Of a DNA stretch of 40,660 nt, positions 1 through 8,206 are shown one piece after another. Source of the stretch: Casimicrobiaceae bacterium (GTDB taxonomy: Bacteria > Pseudomonadota > Gammaproteobacteria > Burkholderiales > Casimicrobiaceae); NCBI GenBank assembly GCA_041493285.1, contig JBGPYP010000001.1:1-40660 (forward strand). The letters are read 5' to 3'. The first letter of the stretch is position 1. Each line of letters starts with the position of its first letter. Both the position numbers and the translations under genes were made by a program. Below the pieces are notes generated by a model. That model was not told the DNA's origin, did no database searches, and was given only the letters and a program-made list of their open reading frames with translations.

Positions 1-175
1 CGCCGAAGCCGTTGTCGACGCGCTGCTCGGCGACGGCGGCCGGCATCGGCGGAGACGCGGGCGCGGCGGGCGGCGACGGTGGAACGACGGCCGCCGCTGA
101 CCGCTGTCGCGCGCCGACGAAGTAGCCGGCGAGCGCCGCGATCACGGCGACGATGATGAGGGAAAGGATGATCAC
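1..175 (-). CDS. Partial ORF (5' end only): hydrophobic N-terminal anchor followed by a Pro/Ala-rich linker, function unknown
   Basis: Minus-strand frame starting at GTG (175-173) reads MIILSLIIVAVIAALAGYFVGARQRSAAAVVPPSPPAAPASPPMPAAVAEQRVDNGFG and runs off the window edge. It has strong G/C third-position bias and an in-frame TGA just upstream. It is absent from the ORF track because it is short and partial. Confidence 0.3.
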   Translation of the reverse strand, partial: MIILSLIIVAVIAALAGYFVGARQRSAAAVVPPSPPAAPASPPMPAAVAEQRVDNGFG

Positions 176-316
176 GATGCGACGGGCGCTCGCCGCAGCT
201 AGCGCGACCGGTAAGGCTCACATTCTAGTCGAGGCGGGGCCCTGCGGCCAGATCGGCGGACATGCAACCCTGCTACAATCAATGACCGCGCACGCGTTAC
301 CCCTGCATCGCCCATC

Positions 317-1399
317 ATGTCCGATCCCTGGGACGAAGCTCCCGCGCCGCCGCCGGTGGCGCCGCAGCCGGCCGCGCCGTCGGCAGCCGCGCCGGCTTCA
401 GCGGTCGAATCGGGGCGAACGCGGCGGTGGCTGCGGTTCGCGCTTCCCGTCGCTCTGGTGGCAGCGATCGCGGCCGTCTGGATCGACGCCCAGAACCGCG
501 ATCGACGTCTTCGCACCGAAGTCGCCCAGCACTTGGCACAGTTCGATGCGATCGACAAGGTGACGCAGGAGACGGTGAAACTGGCGCAGGACAGCCTGCG
601 CGACGCGCAGGCGAAGATCGCGCTGCTCGAGAACCGGCTGGCCGAATCGCAGACGCAGCAGGCCGCGCTCGAGGCGCTGTATCGCGAGCTCGCGCCGTCG
701 CGCGACGAGTGGGCGCTGACCGAGGTCGAGCAGGTGCTGCTGCTCGCAAGCCAGCAGCTGCAGCTTGCCGGCAACGTGTCGGGTGCGCTCGCCGCGTTGC
801 AGGTCGCCGATGCGAAGCTCCAGCGCCTCGACCGGCCGCAGTTCGTGCCGTTGCGGCGCGCGATCGGCCGCGACATGGATCGGCTGAAGGCGGTGCCATT
901 TGTCGACGTGCCGGGTCTGTCGCTGCGGCTCGACCAGGCGATCGCGGTGGTCGACTCGCTGCCGCTCGCGCTGGAGGAAAGGCTCCCGGCGCCGCCGCAG
1001 GATGCGCCACCGAAGGACGAGTCGGCGTGGCGCCGCTTCCTGCGCGAGGCCTGGCAGGATCTGCGGCAGCTCGTCCGCGTCGAGAATCTCGACCGGCCGG
1101 AAGCGCCGCTGCTCACGCCGCCACAGCAATTCTTCCTGCGCGAGAACCTTAAGCTGCGCCTGCTCGCTGCGCGGTTCGATCTGCTGTTTCGCGATCAGGC
1201 GAACTTTCGTGCCGATCTTTCCGCGGCCGACCTGTGGCTGAAGAAGTACTTCGACACGCGCTCCAAGCCGGTGCAGTCGTTGCAGACGCTGCTCAAGGGA
1301 CTGCGCGCGACCGACATGAGCACCGAGCTACCGGGACTCGCCGGGAGCCTCGACGCGGTACGCGTGCTCCAGCTCGCGCGCGAGAAGCGGTTGCGCTAG
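317..1399 (+). CDS. hemX: HemX-family membrane protein (annotated in databases as uroporphyrinogen-III C-methyltransferase-like)
   Basis: 360 aa with a Pro/Ala-rich N-terminus, one TM helix (WLRFALPVALVAAIAAVWI), then a long coiled-coil region (LAQDSLRDAQAKIALLENRLAESQTQQAALEALYRELAPSRDEWALTEVEQ) typical of HemX. It is followed directly by hemY as in proteobacterial hem operons. Confidence 0.85.
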   Translation: MSDPWDEAPAPPPVAPQPAAPSAAAPASAVESGRTRRWLRFALPVALVAAIAAVWIDAQNRDRRLRTEVAQHLAQFDAIDKVTQETVKLAQDSLRDAQAKIALLENRLAESQTQQAALEALYRELAPSRDEWALTEVEQVLLLASQQLQLAGNVSGALAALQVADAKLQRLDRPQFVPLRRAIGRDMDRLKAVPFVDVPGLSLRLDQAIAVVDSLPLALEERLPAPPQDAPPKDESAWRRFLREAWQDLRQLVRVENLDRPEAPLLTPPQQFFLRENLKLRLLAARFDLLFRDQANFRADLSAADLWLKKYFDTRSKPVQSLQTLLKGLRATDMSTELPGLAGSLDAVRVLQLAREKRLR

Positions 1400-1422
1400 G
1401 CGCCCCGAGCAGAAATCGGCCG

Positions 1423-2613
1423 ATGCGTTTCCTGTTCTGGTTTCTCCTGCTCGCCGTCGCCGCGCTCGTCGCCGCGCTGGCCGCGAAGCTCAACAACGGC
1501 TACGCGCTGCTCGTCGCGCCGCCGTACCGCTTCGAGCTGTCGCTCAACCTCCTGCTTATTCTGATCGCTGTCGCATTCACATCGCTATACCTCTCTCTGC
1601 GGATGATCGTGCACACGATCAAACTCCCGGCGCAGGTGCGCGTATGGCGGCGCCGGCAGAAGGAGGCGCGATCGCGCGCGAAGCTCGACGCCGCCACCGT
1701 CGCGCTGCTCGAGGGCCGCTACGGCAAGGCGCAGCAGCACGCGGACGAGGCGCTGGCGTTCCCGCGCGCGTCCGGCCTCGCGGCGCTGGTGGGTGCGCGC
1801 GCCGCGATCGACGTGCGCCGGTACGCGGCCGCCGAGGGATTTCTCGCCCGCCCCGAGGCGCAGGCGACGAGCCTGGCGGTGCCGCGGCTGACGCTTTCCG
1901 CGGAGATCGCGCTGGAACAGGGTCAGCCGCAGGAAGCGCTGCGAATCCTCGATTCGCTCAAGCGCGAGGCCGGCATGCACACCGCGGCGTTGCGGCTCGA
2001 GCTACGCGCCACGCAGGCCGCGCGCCGCTTCGGCGACATCCCGCCGCTGGTCGAGCAATTGGTCAAGCGCGGCGTGTTCGACGCGGCGCAGGGCGAGCAG
2101 GTGAGGATCGCAGCGCAGCGCGACCAGTTGCGCGCACTCGCCAGCGACGCCGGGGGTTTGCGCGACGCGTGGAGCCGCCTGCCCGACGCGACGCGCACCC
2201 AGCCCAAGATCGCACGCGCGGGGGCGTTGAGCTTCCTGCAGCTCGGAGGCGACCGCGAAGCGGCCGAGATCGTCGCGCGCAGCCTGGAGCGCGAATGGGA
2301 TTCGGAGCTTGTCGAGCTGTACGGCGAATGCCGGCTCGGCGAAGCGACGCGGCAGCTCGAGCAGGCCGAGCGCTGGCTCGCGGCGCACAATCGCGACGCG
2401 TCGCTGTTGCGGGTGCTGGGCACGCTCTGCGAGCGGCAGCAGTTGTGGGGCAAGGCGCAGACGTATCTCGAAGCGAGCCTCGCCCTGGACAATCAGTGGC
2501 GTACGCACCTCGCGCTGGGCGAGATGCTCGGCAGGCTGGGACGAGGCGACGAAGCCAATGCGCATTTCGTCGCGGCGTTGAGACTTGCGACCGACGAATT
2601 GAAGCAGCGTTGA
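1423..2613 (+). CDS. hemY: HemY-family heme biosynthesis-associated TPR membrane protein
   Basis: ATG at 1423 (MRFLFWFLLLAVAALVAALAAKLNNGYALLVAPPYRFELSLNLLL) gives the characteristic HemY N-terminal two-TM module followed by TPR-like repeats. The upstream part of ORF 1234-2613 is Arg-rich and overlaps hemX, so it was not used. Confidence 0.88.
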   Translation: MRFLFWFLLLAVAALVAALAAKLNNGYALLVAPPYRFELSLNLLLILIAVAFTSLYLSLRMIVHTIKLPAQVRVWRRRQKEARSRAKLDAATVALLEGRYGKAQQHADEALAFPRASGLAALVGARAAIDVRRYAAAEGFLARPEAQATSLAVPRLTLSAEIALEQGQPQEALRILDSLKREAGMHTAALRLELRATQAARRFGDIPPLVEQLVKRGVFDAAQGEQVRIAAQRDQLRALASDAGGLRDAWSRLPDATRTQPKIARAGALSFLQLGGDREAAEIVARSLEREWDSELVELYGECRLGEATRQLEQAERWLAAHNRDASLLRVLGTLCERQQLWGKAQTYLEASLALDNQWRTHLALGEMLGRLGRGDEANAHFVAALRLATDELKQR

Positions 2614-2628
2614 CGCGTTGCTCCCGGC

Positions 2629-4287
2629 CTACGGGGCGCCGGGCGGTTTGGTCCTGAGTTCGAAGACGACGATCTGCGCGTCGCGATAGACGGGCGCCCC
2701 GAGCTTGGCTTCGATCGCCGGCAGACACGCCGGAACGTCGGGCCATTCAACCTCGGCATCCGGCGGCGTCTTCCACGGCGTGAGGTGCATGACCAGATAG
2801 TCGGCGCCGTAGGACTTGCCGGCGAGTATCTCGCTCAGGTGCGCGAACTCGCGGAAGCGAAGCGCGCGCACGGTCGCGGGATACTCGCCGAAGTCGCGCA
2901 CGCCGCACACCGGCGTGACCAGACCGATCTTCACGTACTGGCGATGGATCTCCTGGTACCAGGGATGCGGGTTGAAGTTCGACTCGAGCCGCCAGGGCGC
3001 CTCGATCAGCGTGAGCGACCCCGAGGGCTTCTGCGCCAACTGGCGATAGAATTCGGGCACTGGCTCGCGGGGGATCTCGAGCACATACGGATTGTGCGTG
3101 GGATCGTAGTCGTATTGGAACCGCAAGTGGCCGATAAACTGGTTGGGCCGATAGAGATAGTCCGGCAGCGGCCCGGCCCACCAGAGCAACGCTGCCGCGA
3201 CCACGGCCACGGGCGCCTGCAGCGCGGGTCGCCGCAGCGGTTCCAGACAGGCAACCACGCCCTCCGCGAGAAACCATAGCAGGAAGGGCAATGCCGGCAG
3301 CAGATACCGCGCCAGCACGCCTGGGTGATGAACCCACTGCGGCCGGGCCGCGGCGATCGCGATCGCCGCACCGAGGGTCACGGTGCCGAGATAGGCGACC
3401 AGATCGCGGTCGCGCCGCCAGAGTCGATGGATGCCGAGCGCGGTCAGCGCGCCGAGCACGACGAAAAGCGCAGGCTCTCCGATCCCGAATAGCATGAGCA
3501 GCGTGCGGTAGATGCTTTCCGGCGTAACCGAGTGCGCGCCGGCCTTCGCCGAAAACCGTACCCAATCGTTGATCAGCGGGGGCGCGAGCGCCGCCGCCAG
3601 CAAGACCATTGTGCCTGCGCCGAGAGCGACCAAACGCCGGAGGCCTGCCCGCGCGCCCGCCGCGTCCGGTGCGGCGAGAACCGAGCGCGCTCCATAATAG
3701 GCGAACGGCAGCAGCGTGAAGGGCAGCGTGATCGGATGCAGCCAGCCGGCGAGAAACGTCGCCGCGACATACGTCACGGCCCAGGCCCGGGGCGGACCGT
3801 CTCTTTGCCACCAACGGCGAAACGCGACGATCGCGATGAAGGTGAGCAGGCTCGTGAGCGCGTAAGGCCGCGCAGTCTTGCTGTGATAGACGAGAAGCGG
3901 CGAGATCGCGAGCAGCGTCACCCACACCGTGCGCGCGGCAGGCGTCGTCTCGCGCCGCAGCGACAGCGGGGCGACGATGAGCAACGTGATGCCGGCGATC
4001 AGCATCGGCAAGCGCATCACCCACTCCGTCAGGCCGCCGTACAGCGCCAGGAAACGGTAGTAGAGCGTGAGCGGAATGCTGTGATCGGCGAAGCCGAACG
4101 TGGTCGCGATCCCGTAAGCGTCGGAGTGGAGCACCTTGTGCACGGCGTGCCACTCGTCGTCGACGAGCACCTGGATGCCGAGCTGGTACCAGCGCAGCCA
4201 CGCGCCGACGGCCACCGCGAGCAGCGCCACGGTCGGCCAAGTGGACGGCGCCGGCCGCAGCGAGGCGAAGCGCCCCGAAAGCGTCAT
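2629..4287 (-). CDS. GT-C fold membrane glycosyltransferase (GT39/ArnT/PMT-like), polyprenyl-phosphate-sugar dependent
   Basis: Polytopic membrane protein with an acidic motif in the first loop ([12 protein letters not shown]) and about 10 or more predicted TM helices, followed by a soluble C-terminal domain of about 190 aa. The start was chosen at ATG 4287 (MTLSGRF...), which forms an ATGA overlap with the stop of the upstream GT2 gene. Confidence 0.72.
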   Translation of the reverse strand: MTLSGRFASLRPAPSTWPTVALLAVAVGAWLRWYQLGIQVLVDDEWHAVHKVLHSDAYGIATTFGFADHSIPLTLYYRFLALYGGLTEWVMRLPMLIAGITLLIVAPLSLRRETTPAARTVWVTLLAISPLLVYHSKTARPYALTSLLTFIAIVAFRRWWQRDGPPRAWAVTYVAATFLAGWLHPITLPFTLLPFAYYGARSVLAAPDAAGARAGLRRLVALGAGTMVLLAAALAPPLINDWVRFSAKAGAHSVTPESIYRTLLMLFGIGEPALFVVLGALTALGIHRLWRRDRDLVAYLGTVTLGAAIAIAAARPQWVHHPGVLARYLLPALPFLLWFLAEGVVACLEPLRRPALQAPVAVVAAALLWWAGPLPDYLYRPNQFIGHLRFQYDYDPTHNPYVLEIPREPVPEFYRQLAQKPSGSLTLIEAPWRLESNFNPHPWYQEIHRQYVKIGLVTPVCGVRDFGEYPATVRALRFREFAHLSEILAGKSYGADYLVMHLTPWKTPPDAEVEWPDVPACLPAIEAKLGAPVYRDAQIVVFELRTKPPGAP

Positions 4288-5075
4288 GTCGTCGCGGGTC
4301 GCGTTTCGGTCGCGGGCGCGAGCTTCAGCTCGGGCCGCGTCGAGAAGATCCGCGGCCGCGCGAGCCCCCAGCGCCATAGCCGGTATTGGAGGCTGGTCCA
4401 GAGCACGCCGAAGCCGTAGACCACCGAGCGGCCGAAGCTGATCTCGCTGGCTTCGTCGAAATAGCGGGTCGGGCAGGAAATCTCACCGATGCGCATCCCG
4501 AAGGCATGGGCCTGAATCAGCATCTGGTTGTCGAAGATGAAGTCCGGCGAATTGGCCACCAGCGGCAGCGTCTCGATGACCTTGCGCGCGAACGCGCGGT
4601 AACCAGTGTGGAATTCGGAGAGCTTCGCGCCGACGATCAGGTTCTGCAACGCGGTCAGCACGCGGTTGGCGACATACTTGTAGCGCGGCATGCCGCCGGA
4701 AAGTGCGGTGTTGCCGAGGATGCGCGATCCGATGACGACGTCGTACACCCCCGAGGCGACCATCGCCGCCATCGCGGTGATCAGCCTGGGCTCGTACTGG
4801 TAATCGGGATGAAGCATCACGACGATGTCGGCACCTTCCGCGAGCGCGAGCGCGTAGCAGGTCTTCTGGTTGGCGCCGTAGCCGCGATTCTCAGCATGCC
4901 GATGCGTGACGATGCCCAGCCGCCGCGCGACCGCAAGGGTCGCGTCGTCGCTCGCGTCGTCGACCAGCAGCACAACGTCGACCGCGTCGCGAGGGATCGC
5001 GTGGAAGCATTCCTCCAGCGTCTTCTCGGCGCGGTACGCCGGCATGACGACGGCGATTTTCTGTCCGTGCAGCAT
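4284..5075 (-). CDS. GT2-family glycosyltransferase (polyprenyl-phosphate sugar synthase type, Dpm1/ArnC/GtrB-like)
   Basis: [26 protein letters not shown] (DxD region), [13 protein letters not shown] and [10 protein letters not shown] are classic GT2 motifs. The start was set at ATG 5075 ([10 protein letters not shown]) because the 17 upstream codons have poor G/C third-position bias. Confidence 0.85.
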   Translation of the reverse strand: MLHGQKIAVVMPAYRAEKTLEECFHAIPRDAVDVVLLVDDASDDATLAVARRLGIVTHRHAENRGYGANQKTCYALALAEGADIVVMLHPDYQYEPRLITAMAAMVASGVYDVVIGSRILGNTALSGGMPRYKYVANRVLTALQNLIVGAKLSEFHTGYRAFARKVIETLPLVANSPDFIFDNQMLIQAHAFGMRIGEISCPTRYFDEASEISFGRSVVYGFGVLWTSLQYRLWRWGLARPRIFSTRPELKLAPATETRPATT

Positions 5076-5205
5076 GGATTGGTATAAGCAGGGTGCACCT
5101 CCCCCTGCCTCTTTGTCTCCGGCCACCCGCCGCGCCAGCGCGCTGGGCTTAACGTAAGGTCTTCCGGATGATACACGGGCCGCAGCGGCCGTTCTGCTTC
5201 GACAA

Positions 5206-5290
5206 GCCTGTCCTGAGCGAAGTCGAAGGGCCTGTCCTGAGCGAAGTTGAAGGGCCTGTCCTGAGCGGAATCGAAGGGCTCAGGACGAAC
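5206..5290. repeat. Three direct tandem copies of a 24-nt unit (gcctgtcctgagcgaagtcgaagg) ending in a 9-bp stem hairpin; REP-like extragenic element
   Basis: Units lie at 5206-5229, 5230-5253 and 5254-5277, with 1-3 substitutions between copies. gtcctgagc (5258-5266) pairs perfectly with gctcaggac (5278-5286) across an 11-nt loop. The element lies in the divergent intergenic region between the GT2 and MBOAT genes. It produces the spurious peptide repeats PVLSEVEG and FDFAQDR in the ORF track. Confidence 0.85.
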
Positions 5291-5367
5291 GGCCGAACTC
5301 GCGGGGGTGCTTGCTCCATGCGGCGTTCCCGTGTTCAATGCGCACGGCACTGGTCGAGCGGTCCAGC

Positions 5368-6780
5368 ATGCTCTTCAACAGCTACGAATACCTGATCTAC
5401 TTCCTGCCGCTTGCGCTCGCGGCGTACTTTCTGCTCGGGCGCAGGGCGACGTGGGCGGTCGGCTGGCTGGTGGCCGCGTCGCTGTTCTTCTACAGCTGGT
5501 GGAGCCCGAAGCACCTGCCGCTGATCCTGGCGAGCATCGGCTTCAACTTCGTGATCGGCCGCGCGCTGCATCGCGGCTCGCGCCACGCAAAGACGCTGCT
5601 CGCCTGCGGCGTCGGCGCCAACCTGCTGCTCCTCGGCGTGTTCAAGTACGCCGATTTCGCCGTGCGCAACGCCGCCGATCTCACCGGCCTGCCGCTCGCG
5701 CTGCCGCACATCGTCCTGCCGCTGGGCGTCAGCTTCTTCACTTTCACCCAGATCGCGTATCTCGTCGACGTTCAGCGCGGCAAGGCGAAGGAGCCTAGCC
5801 TTCTCAACTATGCGCTGTTCGTGAGCTTTTTCCCGCATTTGCTCGCCGGACCGATCCTGCACCACAGCGAGATGATGCCGCAGTTCGCTTCCGCGTCGAA
5901 CAAGCGACCGCAGGCGTTCCATCTGGCGGCGGGGCTGTTCCTGCTGGCGATCGGCTTGATCAAGAAAGTGTGCATCGCCGACCCGCTGGCGCCGGTCGCC
6001 GCCGCGGGCTTCGATCATCCCGAGGCGATCTCGGCGGTTACCGCGTGGCTCGCCGTGCTGGCGTACACGCTACAGATCTACTTCGACTTCAGTGGCTACA
6101 CCGACATGGCGCTCGGGGCGGCGCGCATGTTCAACATCCAGATGCCTGTGAACTTCAACTCGCCGTACCACGCGGCGAACATCCGCGAATTCTGGCAGCG
6201 GTGGCACATGACGCTGTCGCGCTTCCTGCGCGAGTACCTGTACATCCCGCTCGGCGGCAATCGGCACGGCGAGGGACGGACGACAGGCGCGATCTTGGCG
6301 ACATTCCTTCTGGGCGGGCTTTGGCATGGCGCAGCGTGGACCTTCGTCGCCTGGGGAGCACTGCACGGCGTCGGGCTGGTGTGCCTGCGCACCTGGGAGC
6401 GGACGGGCTATCGTCTGCCGCGCGCGATCGCGTGGGCGACAACGTTTCTCTTCTTGATGGTGACGTGGGTGTTCTTCCGCGCGACCTCGCTTCCCGCCGC
6501 GGGCGCGATGTTGCGTGCGATGGTCGGGGCAAATGCGGCCGCCGACACGTGGCGGGAGGCCCTGCATCACGCGCTCGCGCCGGACGCGCAGAGCTCGGCG
6601 CGCGTTGTGGCCACGGTGTTCGCGATCGGGCTCGTCGTCGTGGCGTTGCGGCGGAACTCCAATGCCATGGCGCTGGACTTCCGGCCGACCTGGCCGCGCG
6701 CCGCGGCGGTTGCGGGCGGCTTGGCGTGGTCGGTGCTCCAGCTCGGCAAGGTCGCGCCGTTCCTGTATTTCAATTTCTAA
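5368..6780 (+). CDS. MBOAT-family membrane-bound O-acyltransferase (AlgI/DltB/PatA-like)
   Basis: The N-terminus MLFNSYEYLIYFLPLALAAYF is typical of AlgI-like proteins. The MBOAT core is conserved (FWQRWHMTLSRFLREYLYIPLGGNR, LLGGLWHGAAWTFVAWG, containing the catalytic His region). Start set at ATG 5368. Confidence 0.9.
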   Translation: MLFNSYEYLIYFLPLALAAYFLLGRRATWAVGWLVAASLFFYSWWSPKHLPLILASIGFNFVIGRALHRGSRHAKTLLACGVGANLLLLGVFKYADFAVRNAADLTGLPLALPHIVLPLGVSFFTFTQIAYLVDVQRGKAKEPSLLNYALFVSFFPHLLAGPILHHSEMMPQFASASNKRPQAFHLAAGLFLLAIGLIKKVCIADPLAPVAAAGFDHPEAISAVTAWLAVLAYTLQIYFDFSGYTDMALGAARMFNIQMPVNFNSPYHAANIREFWQRWHMTLSRFLREYLYIPLGGNRHGEGRTTGAILATFLLGGLWHGAAWTFVAWGALHGVGLVCLRTWERTGYRLPRAIAWATTFLFLMVTWVFFRATSLPAAGAMLRAMVGANAAADTWREALHHALAPDAQSSARVVATVFAIGLVVVALRRNSNAMALDFRPTWPRAAAVAGGLAWSVLQLGKVAPFLYFNF

Positions 6781-7053
6781 GAGCCTCTAACACAGTGAAA
6801 CGCGTAGTGCGCTGGCACGATTTGGGCTCAAGTGCGCGAAGCAAGCCGCGCCGCTTGGTAGGCCCCAAGCAAGCGGCTTGCGACAAAGCGGGTGGGCCCA
6901 AATCGCGGCCAGCCCTTCGGGTTGCGGCCAAAACGGTCGCTGGCATTGTTGCCGGGCTTGCGAATAGGCTCCACTATTCGCTGCACCCTGCGCCGCGCCA
7001 GCAGCCGTTTCTGGCCATGCAACGCACACGTGTTTCACTGTGTTAGAGGCTCT
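6780..7053. mobile_element. MITE-like non-autonomous element: ~274 bp bounded by 25-26 bp terminal inverted repeats, highly self-complementary interior, no ORF
   Basis: Left end 6781-6805 is gagcctctaacacagtgaaacgcgt. The reverse complement of the right end 7028-7052 is gagcctctaacacagtgaaacacgt, a 24/25 match that extends one more base on each side. Internal perfect inverted repeats are cgatttgggc (6818-6827)/gcccaaatcg (6896-6905), gcaagccgc (6841-6849)/gcggcttgc (6873-6881) and gcttgg/ccaagc. The element starts at the last base of the MBOAT stop codon. Confidence 0.6.
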
Positions 7054-8206
7054 CTTGGAACTGCCTCCTTCACCCGGCCCTGCAGTCGAGCGCTCGAGCT
7101 CGCGGTGGTTTGCCGGTGTGCTCGGAGCGACGCTGGCGTTGCTCGGGGCGGCCGCAGCCTTCGTCGTGTGGGTGGATCCATTCCAGCAGTATCACCTGGC
7201 CTCGCGTTATCCGCCGCGCTTCTATTTTCTGCATCACCGCTACATCGATCCGGGGCTCGCCAAGAACCAGGCGTACGACACGGTCGTCAGCGGCTCGTCG
7301 ATCATGGAGAACACGCGCAACGATTTCGTCGCGAAAACGTGCGGCGGCTCCGCGGTCAATCTCTCGATGCCGGCGATGAGCGCGTCCGAGCAGCGGTTGA
7401 TGCTCGAGACGGCGCTCACCAACCGACCGGTGAGGCGCGTGATCGCGGTGCTGGACTTCAACGAGTTCGTCGGCAGCGTCGACGAGCGGCAGGACGTGGC
7501 TGGGCCGCTGCCGAGATATCTCTTCGACCGGAATCCATTCAACGATCTGCCGTACCTGCTATCCTGGGACGTGCTCGTCAAGTCGTGGCGCATCGTAGCC
7601 GGCGACACGAGCGAGAAGTTCACCTCCGATCCCAACGCGGCGTGGTTCTGGGGCAACGTGAAGCGCTTCGGGCGCGACGAAGTGCTGCGGGGACTGGACC
7701 TCGCGCATCTCAATGCGCGGTACGGGCAGCGGCAGCGCGCGATCGAGGGCACGCGCGCAAGTTTCGAGCACAATCTGCTACCGCTGTTTCGCAACCACCC
7801 GGAGACCGAATTCGACCTCGTCTGGCCGCCATATTCGATCCTGGTCTGGGTGGACTTTGCGCAGCGGGATCAGCTGGGAGTCACTTTCAAATTCAAGCGA
7901 TACGTGTTTGAAGCCACGCGTGGGCTCGCGAATGTCAGTATCATCGACCTGCAGGCCGAGCGCGTGGTGACGCACGATCTCGACCGCTATACCGATCTGT
8001 ATCACTTCGATCCGGCGGTGAACGAATCGCTGGTCGAATCTGCCTGCAAGGATGGCAATCGCGTCGACGCGAGCAACGTCGACGCGTACGAGCGCCAGCT
8101 GCGCGAGCAGGTAGCCGTAGCAAGCACCACGGCCGGGCTCGCGGCGCTTACCGCGTCGACGTCCGGCGAGGCGCGCGAGGGCAATCCGTCGGTACGGGTT
8201 CCATGA
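7040..8206 (+). CDS. Membrane-anchored periplasmic protein, tentative SGNH/DltD/AlgJ-type partner of the MBOAT acyltransferase
   Basis: It has an N-terminal TM anchor (WFAGVLGATLALLGAAAAFVVWV), a candidate nucleophile block VVSGSSIMENT and a C-terminal DLYH (DxxH-like) block. Its position directly downstream of an MBOAT gene matches AlgI/AlgJ, DltB/DltD and PatA/PatB pairs. The start is uncertain: GTG 7040 lies inside the right inverted repeat of the MITE-like element, and TTG 7055 lies just after it. The stop overlaps the next gene (ATGA at 8203-8206). Confidence 0.55.
   Translation: MLEALLELPPSPGPAVERSSSRWFAGVLGATLALLGAAAAFVVWVDPFQQYHLASRYPPRFYFLHHRYIDPGLAKNQAYDTVVSGSSIMENTRNDFVAKTCGGSAVNLSMPAMSASEQRLMLETALTNRPVRRVIAVLDFNEFVGSVDERQDVAGPLPRYLFDRNPFNDLPYLLSWDVLVKSWRIVAGDTSEKFTSDPNAAWFWGNVKRFGRDEVLRGLDLAHLNARYGQRQRAIEGTRASFEHNLLPLFRNHPETEFDLVWPPYSILVWVDFAQRDQLGVTFKFKRYVFEATRGLANVSIIDLQAERVVTHDLDRYTDLYHFDPAVNESLVESACKDGNRVDASNVDAYERQLREQVAVASTTAGLAALTASTSGEAREGNPSVRVP

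Noticed and set aside
274-279. TACAAT hexamer upstream of hemX as a -10 promoter element
   Set aside because: No acceptable -35 element lies at 16-19 nt spacing (best is gatcgg, 2/6), so it was not reported as a feature.
199-1152. Several long ORFs overlapping hemX on both strands (199-1116 -, 315-1010 -, 398-1129 -, 427-1152 +)
   Set aside because: Their translations are dominated by Arg/Ala/Ser/Gly/Pro with no recognisable motifs, as expected for shadow ORFs in high-GC DNA. The hemX frame has the family-typical TM helix plus coiled coil.
5206-5290. Possible CRISPR array or coding repeat (ORFs 5168-5395 + and 4817-5350 - translate it as PVLSEVEG / FDFAQDR repeats)
   Set aside because: The 24-nt units are directly adjacent with no spacers, there are only three copies and no cas genes. 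The repeat peptides belong to ORFs without start context or codon bias.
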